Made by a program: the position numbers and the translations under genes. From contig JAPOYE010000097.1 of assembly GCA_026706695.1 (NCBI GenBank), forward strand, positions 1 through 53,861: a stretch of DNA of 53,861 nucleotides. The letters are read 5' to 3'. This document shows, piece after piece, positions 1 through 9,033 of this stretch. Positions within the stretch are counted from its first letter, which is position 1. Every line of letters begins with the position of its first letter. The notes under the pieces are model-generated. The model was not told where the DNA came from, made no database searches, and saw only the letters and a list, made by a program, of their open reading frames with translations. This DNA comes from Candidatus Dadabacteria bacterium (GTDB lineage: Bacteria; Desulfobacterota_D; UBA1144; Nemesobacterales; Nemesobacteraceae).

Positions 1-58
1 ACAGCACTCGCAGTAAACAAAAATAATTTAATCTCCAGAGCAAGTTATGAAAGGGCCT
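1..58 (+). promoter_or_regulatory. putative CRISPR leader (partial, runs off the window)
   Basis: The 58 nt before the first repeat is longer than any spacer and contains no repeat 3' end, so the array starts at 59. It has an A/T-rich core, AAACAAAAATAATTTAAT. Orientation is inferred only from the repeat 3' end ATTGAAGC. Confidence 0.3.
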
Positions 59-899
59 ATTTCCGAGGCAAACTTGCCTCGGCCTCATTGAAGCAAATTA
101 GCAGGAGGGGTAAACTATGAGTTTGCTCGAATTTCCGAGGCAAACTTGCCTCGGCCTCATTGAAGCATATAGTCTAGATACTGCTATTTGACAAATTGGG
201 ATTATTTCCGAGGCAAACTTGCCTCGGCCTCATTGAAGCTAGAAGTTGAGGAATACCAGCCTCGTCAGCGTGAAGCATTTCCGAGGCAAACTTGCCTCGG
301 CCTCATTGAAGCAATTTCATAGTGCCCTCCTAAAGGCAAGTAGTGCGCGATTTCCGAGGCAAACTTGCCTCGGCCTCATTGAAGCATCGAACCGAGGGAG
401 AAAGCGGACCTGCGGGAAAGCCATTTCCGAGGCAAACTTGCCTCGGCCTCATTGAAGCAATGTAATAGCACAGGGCCCCCAGTCTTCTGTGACCGCCATT
501 TCCGAGGCAAACTTGCCTCGGCCTCATTGAAGCGACTCTATCTCCATTGTCGATCCTGTTCTGTTTCCGAATTTCCGAGGCAAACTTGCCTCGGCCTCAT
601 TGAAGCTCCCAGATCTTCACGCGGGCTTCGCTTCGCAGCCACTGATTTCCGAGGCAAACTTGCCTCGGCCTCATTGAAGCTGCTCCTCGAACTCGTTTTT
701 CTCGCCCTCAAGCGACATTTCCGAGGCAAACTTGCCTCGGCCTCATTGAAGCCGAGGGCAGGAGGGTCCCGATCCCCAGGGGCTGGAGGGATTTCCGAGG
801 CAAACTTGCCTCGGCCTCATTGAAGCTCTATGTAGATGTGCTTGGGGATCCCGCCAGCGCGGCATTTCCGAGGCAAACTTGCCTCGGCCTCATTGAAGC
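59..899 (+). CRISPR. CRISPR array, 12 identical 36-nt repeats and 11 spacers
   Basis: The repeat ATTTCCGAGGCAAACTTGCCTCGGCCTCATTGAAGC starts at 59, 131, 204, 277, 350, 423, 498, 571, 645, 717, 791 and 864, with all copies identical. The spacers are unique, with lengths 36, 37, 37, 37, 37, 39, 37, 38, 36, 38 and 37 nt. The repeat contains the palindrome CCGAGGCAA/TTGCCTCGG and ends in ATTGAAGC. Confidence 0.97.
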
Positions 900-954
900 G
901 CGGGAGAGACGGCCGGTATTCCCGTTGACGCGATATTTCCTACAACAAAAGAGC

Positions 955-982
955 AAAAAAAAGCCTCCGAATGCGAGGGCTT
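955..982 (-). terminator. intrinsic terminator downstream of hepT
   Basis: The minus strand reads AAGCCCTCGCATTCGGAGGCTT followed by a run of 8 T. This is a GC-rich imperfect hairpin about 40 nt after the hepT stop. Confidence 0.55.
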
Positions 983-1023
983 GGTTCTCCTTGGAGATTA
1001 CCTACGTAAATGGGCTCAGAATA

Positions 1024-1368
1024 TCATTTTGCTTCCGGAGGTACAAGTGTTTTAAGAAGGTTGATTAGCAGAGGAATATCATTCTTTACAATATCCCATA
1101 CAACTTCCAGACCTGTCTGAAAATAACCATGTGCAAGACGATTTCGGGTGCCTATAATATCTTGCCATGGAATCTTGGGGGTTTCTTGCTTAGTTTTCTC
1201 TCCAACATGAGTTGCAGCCTCTCCTATGATTTCAATCGACTTGAAAATAGCATTTTGACGCAACCGGTCTCGGGCAAACTGCTGAAAAGTTAGACTGGAT
1301 GAGAATTCCAGAACATCTTGAGCAGCCAGCAGCATGTCAAGCAAATAAGCGGATTCATCACGCTTCAT
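1024..1368 (-). CDS. hepT: HepT-type HEPN toxin (DUF86 family)
   Basis: 114 aa. It carries the Rx4HxY motif RNRLAHGY and overlaps the upstream MNT gene by 11 nt. Confidence 0.85.
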   Translation of the reverse strand: MKRDESAYLLDMLLAAQDVLEFSSSLTFQQFARDRLRQNAIFKSIEIIGEAATHVGEKTKQETPKIPWQDIIGTRNRLAHGYFQTGLEVVWDIVKNDIPLLINLLKTLVPPEAK

Positions 1369-1675
1369 AAAAAACCTCGGCGGACTTCAGAACGGCTTCT
1401 CGCCGGATGTAATTCCGGCTACGCTCAACATCGGGTCGAAAGACTAAATCCACCTCTCTCCCCAAAATGTCCCTCAACTCCCTCTCCATGCGTAATATAT
1501 TGGAAATACTGTGACTAGTTCCGGGATGCGGGTCTACAAGCACGTCTATATCGCTTTCCGGACTAAAGTCATCCCGCAAGACAGAACCGAAAAACGCAAG
1601 CTCTGCAATATTCCAGCGCTCGCAAAAAGCAACGATCTCTTCTCTGGGTATTGAAATACGTATTCCCATCTCCAA
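1358..1675 (-). CDS. mntA: MntA-type minimal nucleotidyltransferase antitoxin
   Basis: 105 aa. It has the GS...DxD nucleotidyltransferase signature FGSVLRDDFSPESDIDVLV and is the upstream partner of hepT. Confidence 0.85.
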   Translation of the reverse strand: MEMGIRISIPREEIVAFCERWNIAELAFFGSVLRDDFSPESDIDVLVDPHPGTSHSISNILRMERELRDILGREVDLVFRPDVERSRNYIRREAVLKSAEVFYEA

Positions 1676-1787
1676 CCTTCTGAACTATATCAATATTATT
1701 TCTCTCGTAATTACATCAGCATGCCGAAAACTGTTTAAGCCTTTTAGTTCGCTATTGCACTGGTCATCCAAATTTGTACTTAACACG

Positions 1788-2561
1788 TCAGAAAATCCCG
1801 CCTATGGATCTTTCAAGACCTGCCTGAAGATGTGGTTTTGCCTCTTCAAAGTCAAGATTAGCCTTGTTGGCAACGCTAACAACTCTGGTTCTGTATATTT
1901 TCCATTTTACGTCGTCAACATGGGAAGTCTGTGTGGTCCGCGTTGCAGTGCCTTGAGGTGCATCTGTGTCCTGAGTCTCGTAAATAAGCTCCCCTTGTCG
2001 AGCACGCTCCCTTATTTGAATGTCGGTGACCATCGTGAAAAGATCATCGGTCACAAGGGCATCAAAAAGAAAGCCCGCCACTCCGCCCGCGATAGCACCC
2101 GCAACGGTGCCCTTGTTGATTTCGTCAACGTCCCCGCCTATGGCTCCTCCTATAACTCCGCCGATAACCGCCCCCTCAACCACGCCCTGGTAACCCTCTC
2201 CGAACATGGCGTTAGCCTCCTCAAGATCGGATCTTCCAACTTTGAGAATATTTGCCTGAAGAATGAAAGTCGCCCCGGCCGGATCTTCCGTGATCCTGTA
2301 ACCGTTAGAAGCTATCCTGCCCTTGATTCCATATTCAATTCCGGGCAAATCCTTATCGGTCGTATTCTTTATGTCGACGTAAACAACCCTCTGCTCGGGC
2401 GGCACGGGCTCAAGAAAAATCGTCTCCGACATCTTGGTCTCAACTCTGAGGTCCCTTTTCTCGATAAGGGTTCTGGTCGCCGCGCAACCGTTCACAATAA
2501 AAAGAAGACATATGGATACAGCAAAAAACAGGTTCCTTTTACACACAAGCCTTTTTCTCAT
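1788..2561 (-). CDS. traT: TraT-like complement-resistance / surface-exclusion outer-membrane lipoprotein
   Basis: 257 aa with a signal peptide and the lipobox IVNGC. The blocks IEKRDLRVETKMSETIFLEP, LQANILK and YRTRVVSVANKANLDFEEAKP closely resemble F-plasmid TraT as I recall it. Confidence 0.8.
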   Translation of the reverse strand: MRKRLVCKRNLFFAVSICLLFIVNGCAATRTLIEKRDLRVETKMSETIFLEPVPPEQRVVYVDIKNTTDKDLPGIEYGIKGRIASNGYRITEDPAGATFILQANILKVGRSDLEEANAMFGEGYQGVVEGAVIGGVIGGAIGGDVDEINKGTVAGAIAGGVAGFLFDALVTDDLFTMVTDIQIRERARQGELIYETQDTDAPQGTATRTTQTSHVDDVKWKIYRTRVVSVANKANLDFEEAKPHLQAGLERSIGGIF

Positions 2562-2819
2562 TAAATCAGGCCTCCCTTAGAATTTTAGTGTCGGAGGGAA
2601 AATCTCCGCCTTCCGAACTAAAATCGTATGTGAAAAAAAAGAAAAAAACAAATAGAAGAAAAAACGTGAAAAACGTGCGCAGGCAAGAACTTTCTTCCAC
2701 AAAATACGGAAGAAAAAATCACGCCTTATGCTCCTCTCTAAACGTCGCCATAACCTTGCCAACGTAAATCAATCTAGTATGATTAGCCAATCCTTCTTTA
2801 CCGGGAGAACCACGTTTTA

Positions 2820-4616
2820 ATGCTTGAACTTATGGGAGAGTGGAAAAGATCGAATTTCTGCGGAGAGCTTGAGAAAAAACACGTTGACCGCTCCGTTACC
2901 CTCATGGGCTGGGTACAGTCACGAAGAGACCATGGCGGGGTAATTTTTGTTGATCTGCGCGACAAGGAAGGGCTTTGCCAAATTGTTTTTAACCCGCAAC
3001 GCGACCCGAAGATCCATCAGACCGCTGAACAGCTGCGGGATGAATGGGTAATCGCAGTAAAAGGAACGGTAACTCCCCGGACCGAGGAAACTGTAAACCC
3101 GAACCTCAAAACCGGCGAGATCGAGGTGGTAGCCGAGCAGGTAAGAGTCCTTAACACATCAAAGGTAATACCGTTTCTAATAGAAAACGAAGTGAACGCC
3201 GATGAGCTTCTCAGGCTCAAGTACCGCTACCTTGACCTCAGAAGACCCCCAATGCGGGACAACATAATCTTTCGCCACAAAGTCGCCGCAGCGGTTCGAA
3301 ACTACTTTAATGAAAACGGATTTCTCGAGATCGAAACTCCCTGTTTCACGAAATCGACGCCTGAAGGGGCAAGAGACTTTCTCGTTCCGAGCCGGCTTAA
3401 CGAAGGTCAGTTCTACGCGCTTCCCCAGTCGCCCCAGACATTGAAACAGACCCTCATGATCTCGGGTTTTGACAGATACTACCAGATAGTTAAATGCTTC
3501 AGGGACGAGGACTTAAGAGCGGACCGCCAGCCCGAGTTCACCCAGATAGACCTGGAGATGTCGTTTGTCTCAGAAGACGACGTGATCTCAATCGTCGAAG
3601 GCATGATAAAAACAGTTCTCCGGGAAACAAAAGGAATTGACGTAAGCATTCCTTTTTCGAGAATGCCTTACGAAGAAGCCATGGAGAGGTACGGGACCGA
3701 CTGCCCCGATACGAGGTTCGGCCTTGAATTAAAGGACATTTCATCCATATTCGAGGACTCGCAGTTCAAAGTTTTTCGCGGAGCTCTTGAGAAAGGCGGA
3801 GCGATAAAGGCACTTAACCTCAAGGAAGGAGCCGAGAAGTTTACAAGAAAGGAAATAGACGATCTTACCGAGTACGCAATCTCGCTCGGAGCAAAAGGGC
3901 TTGCGTGGATAAGGGTCGGCGAGGACGGGTGGAACTCTCCCATAGTCAAGTTCCTGGGCGATGGGGAACGCAAGCTTCTGGCCGAGACCCTTTCGATGGA
4001 AAAAGGAGACATAGTGTTTTTCGGCGCCGACTCGGTTGATATGGTAAACCAGGTGATGTCAAACGTAAGGCTCAGTCTCGGTCAAACCCTCTCTCTCATT
4101 GACGAAGAAAAACTTGAATTTCTCTGGGTAGTGGATTTCCCGCTTCTTAAGTACAGCCCCAGAGACAAAAGATACGTCGCCGTCCACCACCCTTTTACCG
4201 CCCCCAAGGATGAGGACATGGAGAAAATTGAGGATTCCCCGGGCGACGCGGCTTCAAAATCTTACGACATAGTCTTAAACGGAGTGGAGATAGGCGGAGG
4301 AAGCATAAGGATTCACAGAAAAGACATACAGCAGAAAGTGTTTGAAGTTATAGGAATCGGCGAGGACGAGGCAAGGGAAAAATTCGGTTTTCTGCTTGAA
4401 GCTCTCGAATTCGGGGCTCCTCCCCACGGAGGCATAGCGCTCGGTCTTGACAGGCTTTTGATGCTTCTCTCCGGTGAAGAATCGATAAGAGACGTAATAG
4501 CTTTCCCCAAGACGCAGAAGGGGTCCTGTCCCCTGACAGAGGCACCTTCTGAGGTTTCTCCCGAGCAACTTCTTGAAGCGGGAATAAGCTCTATCGCCAA
4601 AAAGTCAGAAGACTGA
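2820..4616 (+). CDS. aspS: aspartate--tRNA ligase
   Basis: 598 aa. It has an N-terminal OB anticodon-binding region (GWVQSRRDHGGVIFVDLRD) and class II motifs (FRDEDLRADRQPEFTQID, GGGSIRIH). An alternative start lies at 2832. Confidence 0.95.
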   Translation: MLELMGEWKRSNFCGELEKKHVDRSVTLMGWVQSRRDHGGVIFVDLRDKEGLCQIVFNPQRDPKIHQTAEQLRDEWVIAVKGTVTPRTEETVNPNLKTGEIEVVAEQVRVLNTSKVIPFLIENEVNADELLRLKYRYLDLRRPPMRDNIIFRHKVAAAVRNYFNENGFLEIETPCFTKSTPEGARDFLVPSRLNEGQFYALPQSPQTLKQTLMISGFDRYYQIVKCFRDEDLRADRQPEFTQIDLEMSFVSEDDVISIVEGMIKTVLRETKGIDVSIPFSRMPYEEAMERYGTDCPDTRFGLELKDISSIFEDSQFKVFRGALEKGGAIKALNLKEGAEKFTRKEIDDLTEYAISLGAKGLAWIRVGEDGWNSPIVKFLGDGERKLLAETLSMEKGDIVFFGADSVDMVNQVMSNVRLSLGQTLSLIDEEKLEFLWVVDFPLLKYSPRDKRYVAVHHPFTAPKDEDMEKIEDSPGDAASKSYDIVLNGVEIGGGSIRIHRKDIQQKVFEVIGIGEDEAREKFGFLLEALEFGAPPHGGIALGLDRLLMLLSGEESIRDVIAFPKTQKGSCPLTEAPSEVSPEQLLEAGISSIAKKSED

Positions 4617-4754
4617 CCTTCAACACTGCATGAAACTGCTTCGTGCGCCGTTTAGGACCATTATTGCGTCATTTTGACAAGGTCTCAAGAATCCTTGTTT
4701 GCTTTATATTTTTTTATGCTATGATTCTATGCGGCTACCGCTCAGAGCAGGCGG

Positions 4755-4779
4755 TTGTGTTGTGAATAGTTGTGAATAG
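4755..4779 (+). repeat. tandem decamer TTGTG-TTGTGAATAG-TTGTGAATAG upstream of sucA
   Basis: Two exact copies of TTGTGAATAG sit at 4760-4769 and 4770-4779, preceded by a partial TTGTG. The repeat lies about 60-80 nt upstream of the sucA ATG. Confidence 0.9.
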
Positions 4780-4837
4780 CGGATTTAGGACTTTCAGTCA
4801 GTTAAAATCCTCTATTGCGTGATTCCGAGGAAGGTGC

Positions 4838-7696
4838 ATGGACATCTGGAAAAACTTTCACGGGCTCAATTCAGGTTACGTAATGGATCTCTACGAACGT
4901 TACGTAAGAGATTCTTCTTCAGTCGATCCCGCCACAAAAACCATCTTTAAGGGATGGAAACCCGACAGTAAATACTCGTCTCTCAGGGTCGAGATAGAAC
5001 CCGAGATCGAGAAAAACGGTTTCAAGCAATCATCTGTAAGAGATGTAAACAAGGCCGTTGCGATCGCCAATATGGCGCAGGCAATCAGGAGGCACGGTCA
5101 CCTGGCAAGCAGAATAGATCCCCTCGGGGGTCCCGTCCACGGAGACCTCACCCTGCACGCCGAAACATTTGGGCTTGACGAGGAGGAGCTAAGAGACTTT
5201 CCCTCAACTCTTGTAGGATGGCCTCTTTCGCAGAACTCGCTTGACGCGCTTGACGGAATAAGGAAGCTGAGGAAAATCTACTCGTCCACCACGGGATATA
5301 ACTACGACCACATCTACGAAGCCGAAGAGAGAAGATGGATGAGGGGCGCCATAGAGTCGGGAGTTTACCGCCCTCCCCTAAATCCCGTGAACGAAGTGGA
5401 ACTTCTGGATACTCTAACTAGGGTAGAGGTATTCGAAAATTTCCTTCACAGAATCTTTCCCGGAAAATTCAGGTTCTCAATAGAAGGCGTCGACATGCTG
5501 GTGCCGATGCTGAATGAACTCATACTCCTCGCCATCAAAGCCGACATACACCAGATAATTCTGGGAATGGCCCATCGTGGAAGACTGAACGTTATGCACC
5601 ACGTGATGGAGAAAAACTACAAGTATACGCTGCTTAAGTTCAAGGATCCTGTTCTGGTAAGGGACTTCGCCGATGACATGGGATGGACCGGGGACGTGAA
5701 GTACCACGAGGCCGTAAAACGCGATATCCCGATGGGAGACATGCTTGATCGCAACATGAGGATCACCATGGTTCCCAATCCCAGCCACTTGGAATCGGTA
5801 AATCCCGTAGTGCAGGGAATGTCGAGGGCGTGCGGGATAAGCGACGATGCGCCGGGTTCTCCGCAATTTGACCCATCAGCGGTAATACCGGTGCAGATTC
5901 ATGGAGATTCGGCATTCATGGGGCAGGGAATAAACGCGGAAACGCTTAATCTCTCCGCCCTTCCGGGCTACCATACCGGCGGAACGATACACATAATCAC
6001 CAATAACCAGCTCGGCTACACCACGCTTCCCTCCGACAGCAGAAGCACACTTTACGCAAGCGATCTCGCCAAGGGGTTCGAGATACCGATTGTCCACGTA
6101 AACGCGGACGACCCGGTGGCCTGCATAGAGTCAATACGCCTGGCCTTCGGCTACACATCGAGATTTGAAAAACATTTCCTAATAGACCTCGTCGGCTACA
6201 GAAGGTACGGACACAATGAGGCGGACGAACCGGGATTCACCCAGCCCATGATATACAAGAAGATAGACAGTCATCCCCGGGTGATGGGCATCTGGGCAAA
6301 GAAACTGATAGAAAAAGGCACCGTTTCGGAAAAACAGGTAGAACAGCTACAGGAAGAACATATCAAGAAGATTGCCGAGGAATTCGAATCGATATCCCCT
6401 GACGACTCCCCCGAGGAATCAACGGCGCCCTCCCCGGAACGCGGGATAACGAAAAGAACGGTTACCAAGGTTCCCGACGAAACCCTGCGCGAACTAAATG
6501 ACTCCCTTCTCTCGGTTCCCGAAGGATTCACGGTAAATTCGAAAATCGCCAGAATACGCGACAGAAGAAAAAACACTCTCGACGACCCGAAAGAAAAGAC
6601 AATTGACTGGGCCATGGCGGAAGAGCTCGCCTACGCCTCCATAGTCGCACAAGGCATTCCCGTCAGGATAACCGGACAGGATTGCGAGAGAGGGACTTTC
6701 AGCCATCGTCACGCGGTGCTCCACGACTCTGAGAACGGCGCAATCCATACTCCTCTACAGAGGATCCCGCAGGCAAAAGCTGCATTCGAGATAAAAAACA
6801 GCCCGCTCAGCGAAAACGCCTGCCTGGGTTTTGAGTACGGATACTGTATCGAGAGAACAAACTGCCTCGTAATATGGGAAGCTCAGTACGGAGATTTCAT
6901 AAACGGGGCTCAGACCATAGTGGATGAATATCTTGTATCGGCAAGAGCAAAATGGGGACAGACCCCTTCCCTGGTTCTCCTGCTTCCCCACGCCTACGAG
7001 GGACAGGGCCCTGATCACTCGAGCGGGAGGCTTGAAAGGTTTCTCATGTCGGCCGCCGAATACAATATAAGGATAGTAAACTGCACCACTTCAGCGCAGT
7101 TTTTCCACGTGCTTCGCCGCCAGGCCCTGCTGCTTGAAAAAGATCCTCTCCCCCTGATCGTCATGACGCCCAAGGGACTTCTACGAAGCCCGATGATAAA
7201 CTCGTCCCTTAAGGATCTATCCGAGGGGAAATGGCTTCCCGTAATCGACGATCCGATGAGCGCCAGACGGGCGAAAAAAGTGAGGAGGCTCATATTCTGC
7301 AGCGGCAAGGTATACGTTGACCTCATCTCAAGTGAACTCAGAGCCAAATCGCCTGATGTTGCAATAGCCAGAATCGAGCAGCTTTACCCGAGACCCAAGG
7401 AAGAGGTAAGCGCCGTTTTGGAGAGGTATGGTAAACTTGAAGAGGTGGTCTGGGTACAGGAAGAACCCCAGAACGCGGGAGCCTGGAAATACATGCTGCC
7501 TTTTTTCAGAAGAAAAATCATCAAGAAACGGTTTCCGTTCAGCTATATAGGAAGAAAGCGCTACTCAAGTCCCTCCGAAGGACTTTCCTCCATGCACAGA
7601 TACAATCAGGAGTTGCTTATAAAGCAGGCGTTCAGCATAGACAAAGTAGTGGAAGGAAATGAGGAAAGCGGGATAACCTGGCACAGAGACATCTGA
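4838..7696 (+). CDS. sucA: 2-oxoglutarate dehydrogenase E1 component
   Basis: 952 aa. Its length and blocks ([44 protein letters not shown]) are typical of SucA. The RBS is GAGGAAGG. Confidence 0.95.
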   Translation: MDIWKNFHGLNSGYVMDLYERYVRDSSSVDPATKTIFKGWKPDSKYSSLRVEIEPEIEKNGFKQSSVRDVNKAVAIANMAQAIRRHGHLASRIDPLGGPVHGDLTLHAETFGLDEEELRDFPSTLVGWPLSQNSLDALDGIRKLRKIYSSTTGYNYDHIYEAEERRWMRGAIESGVYRPPLNPVNEVELLDTLTRVEVFENFLHRIFPGKFRFSIEGVDMLVPMLNELILLAIKADIHQIILGMAHRGRLNVMHHVMEKNYKYTLLKFKDPVLVRDFADDMGWTGDVKYHEAVKRDIPMGDMLDRNMRITMVPNPSHLESVNPVVQGMSRACGISDDAPGSPQFDPSAVIPVQIHGDSAFMGQGINAETLNLSALPGYHTGGTIHIITNNQLGYTTLPSDSRSTLYASDLAKGFEIPIVHVNADDPVACIESIRLAFGYTSRFEKHFLIDLVGYRRYGHNEADEPGFTQPMIYKKIDSHPRVMGIWAKKLIEKGTVSEKQVEQLQEEHIKKIAEEFESISPDDSPEESTAPSPERGITKRTVTKVPDETLRELNDSLLSVPEGFTVNSKIARIRDRRKNTLDDPKEKTIDWAMAEELAYASIVAQGIPVRITGQDCERGTFSHRHAVLHDSENGAIHTPLQRIPQAKAAFEIKNSPLSENACLGFEYGYCIERTNCLVIWEAQYGDFINGAQTIVDEYLVSARAKWGQTPSLVLLLPHAYEGQGPDHSSGRLERFLMSAAEYNIRIVNCTTSAQFFHVLRRQALLLEKDPLPLIVMTPKGLLRSPMINSSLKDLSEGKWLPVIDDPMSARRAKKVRRLIFCSGKVYVDLISSELRAKSPDVAIARIEQLYPRPKEEVSAVLERYGKLEEVVWVQEEPQNAGAWKYMLPFFRRKIIKKRFPFSYIGRKRYSSPSEGLSSMHRYNQELLIKQAFSIDKVVEGNEESGITWHRDI

Positions 7697-7721
7697 AACA
7701 AAGGCGCAAGCGAGGGAGAAA

Positions 7722-8996
7722 ATGGCCAAGAACATCGTCGTTCCCCACTTGGGGGATTCCGTAATAGAAGCAACAATAATCAAGTGGACCAAGCAGCAGG
7801 GAGACACGGTAAGACTCGGGGAAACCGTTGTTGAGCTTGAAACCGAGAAAGCTAACTTCGAAGTCGCCGCCGAAGCAACGGGAACCTTGGCGTCAATAGC
7901 GAAAAAAGCCGATGAGGATGTTGAAGTAGGAGACATCTTGGGAACCATCGAGGTATCCGAAAGCAAAAAGGATACAAAAAGCGGTGCAGAAGGATCTCCT
8001 AAGAAAACTGAAGCCTCACCCCAACCCCAAACCGAAGAAATCCCGCAGGAAAAGCAGCCTGAAGAAGGACCCAAGACCCGAGTGACTCCCGTCGCGAGAA
8101 ATATCGCCGAGCAGAACGAAGTCGACCTCTCCCAGGTCGTACCCGAGGGAAACAGAATCACAAAAGATGATGTGGAAAAGCATCTTGAGTCACAAAGAAC
8201 CGGAAAAGAAATCCCGCAAGGGGTCCCCCCGGGGGAGAAAGTTTCCGAAACCCCGGTGTCGCCGGATGTCTTCCCGTCCCTCTCGCAGCTTACCACTAAC
8301 AGGGAGAGGAGGATGAAAATGTCGAGACGTCGCAGGACCATTGCAAGACGTCTCGTGGAAGCTCAGCAGACAGCCGCCATACTCTCCACTTTCAACGAGA
8401 CCGACATGTCAAACGTAATGGAGCTTCGATCCAGAAAAAAAGACGCCTTCCAAGAAAAATACGGAGTGAAACTCGGGTTTTCCTCCTTTTTCATAAAAGC
8501 CGCCATCGGAGCGCTAAAGCAGTTTCCAGAGATAAACGCCGAGATCCAGGACGACGAGATAGTCTACAAGGACTACTACGACATCGGAGTGGCCGTAGGA
8601 GCCGAGGGAGGACTTGTCGTTCCCGTCATAAGGGAGGCCGACAGAAAAACCTTCGCGCAGATAGAGAAAGAAGTCAGGGAACTCGCCGAGAAGGCAAACG
8701 CGAATACACTCTCACTTGATGAAATTTTCGGCGGGACTTTCACCATAACAAACGGAGGAGTGTACGGTTCCCTCATGAGTACCCCTATACTGAATCCGCC
8801 TCAGGTCGCAATACTTGGACTTCACAAGATAGAGAAAAGACCCGTGGCAGTTAACGGGGACATAGTGATAAGGCCGATGATGTACACGGCTCTTAGCTAC
8901 GATCACAGGATAGTTGACGGAAGAGATGCGGTGCAGTTTCTGGTCAGAGTAAAAGAACTCATAGAAGATCCAGAAGCTCTTCTTGTTGAAGGGTAA
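7722..8996 (+). CDS. sucB: dihydrolipoyllysine-residue succinyltransferase (E2 of OGDH)
   Basis: 424 aa. It has an N-terminal lipoyl domain ([11 protein letters not shown]), a Pro/Glu linker, and a C-terminal catalytic [16 protein letters not shown]. Confidence 0.93.
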   Translation: MAKNIVVPHLGDSVIEATIIKWTKQQGDTVRLGETVVELETEKANFEVAAEATGTLASIAKKADEDVEVGDILGTIEVSESKKDTKSGAEGSPKKTEASPQPQTEEIPQEKQPEEGPKTRVTPVARNIAEQNEVDLSQVVPEGNRITKDDVEKHLESQRTGKEIPQGVPPGEKVSETPVSPDVFPSLSQLTTNRERRMKMSRRRRTIARRLVEAQQTAAILSTFNETDMSNVMELRSRKKDAFQEKYGVKLGFSSFFIKAAIGALKQFPEINAEIQDDEIVYKDYYDIGVAVGAEGGLVVPVIREADRKTFAQIEKEVRELAEKANANTLSLDEIFGGTFTITNGGVYGSLMSTPILNPPQVAILGLHKIEKRPVAVNGDIVIRPMMYTALSYDHRIVDGRDAVQFLVRVKELIEDPEALLVEG

Positions 8997-9033
8997 AACT
9001 GTCACACCTGCCACGTTCTAGCGGACAGCATGA

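Noticed and set aside
900-970. A possible 12th spacer (900-934) plus a degenerate 13th repeat starting with ATTTCC at 935
   Set aside because: Only the first 6 nt, and roughly a third of positions overall, match the repeat. The segment overlaps the hepT terminator. It is too weak to call, so I ended the array at 899.
246-1068. Six-frame ORFs 246..455, 330..527, 452..823, 538..729 and 820..1068 across the array
   Set aside because: They are translations of the CRISPR repeat (recurring FRGKLASASLK / FPRQTCLGLIEA peptides), not genes.
1755-2564. A 269-aa plus-strand ORF opposite traT. Similar long antisense ORFs include 7565..8341, 12109..12705, 25824..26411, 35485..36108 and 44958..45602
   Set aside because: Each lies entirely antisense to a gene with clear family motifs. 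They have low-complexity or Arg/Ser/Pro-rich composition and no recognisable motifs or RBS.
2577-2762. A 61-aa minus-strand ORF in the traT-aspS intergenic region
   Set aside because: Its Phe/Arg-rich low-complexity translation comes from an A/T homopolymer-rich promoter region. It has no RBS.
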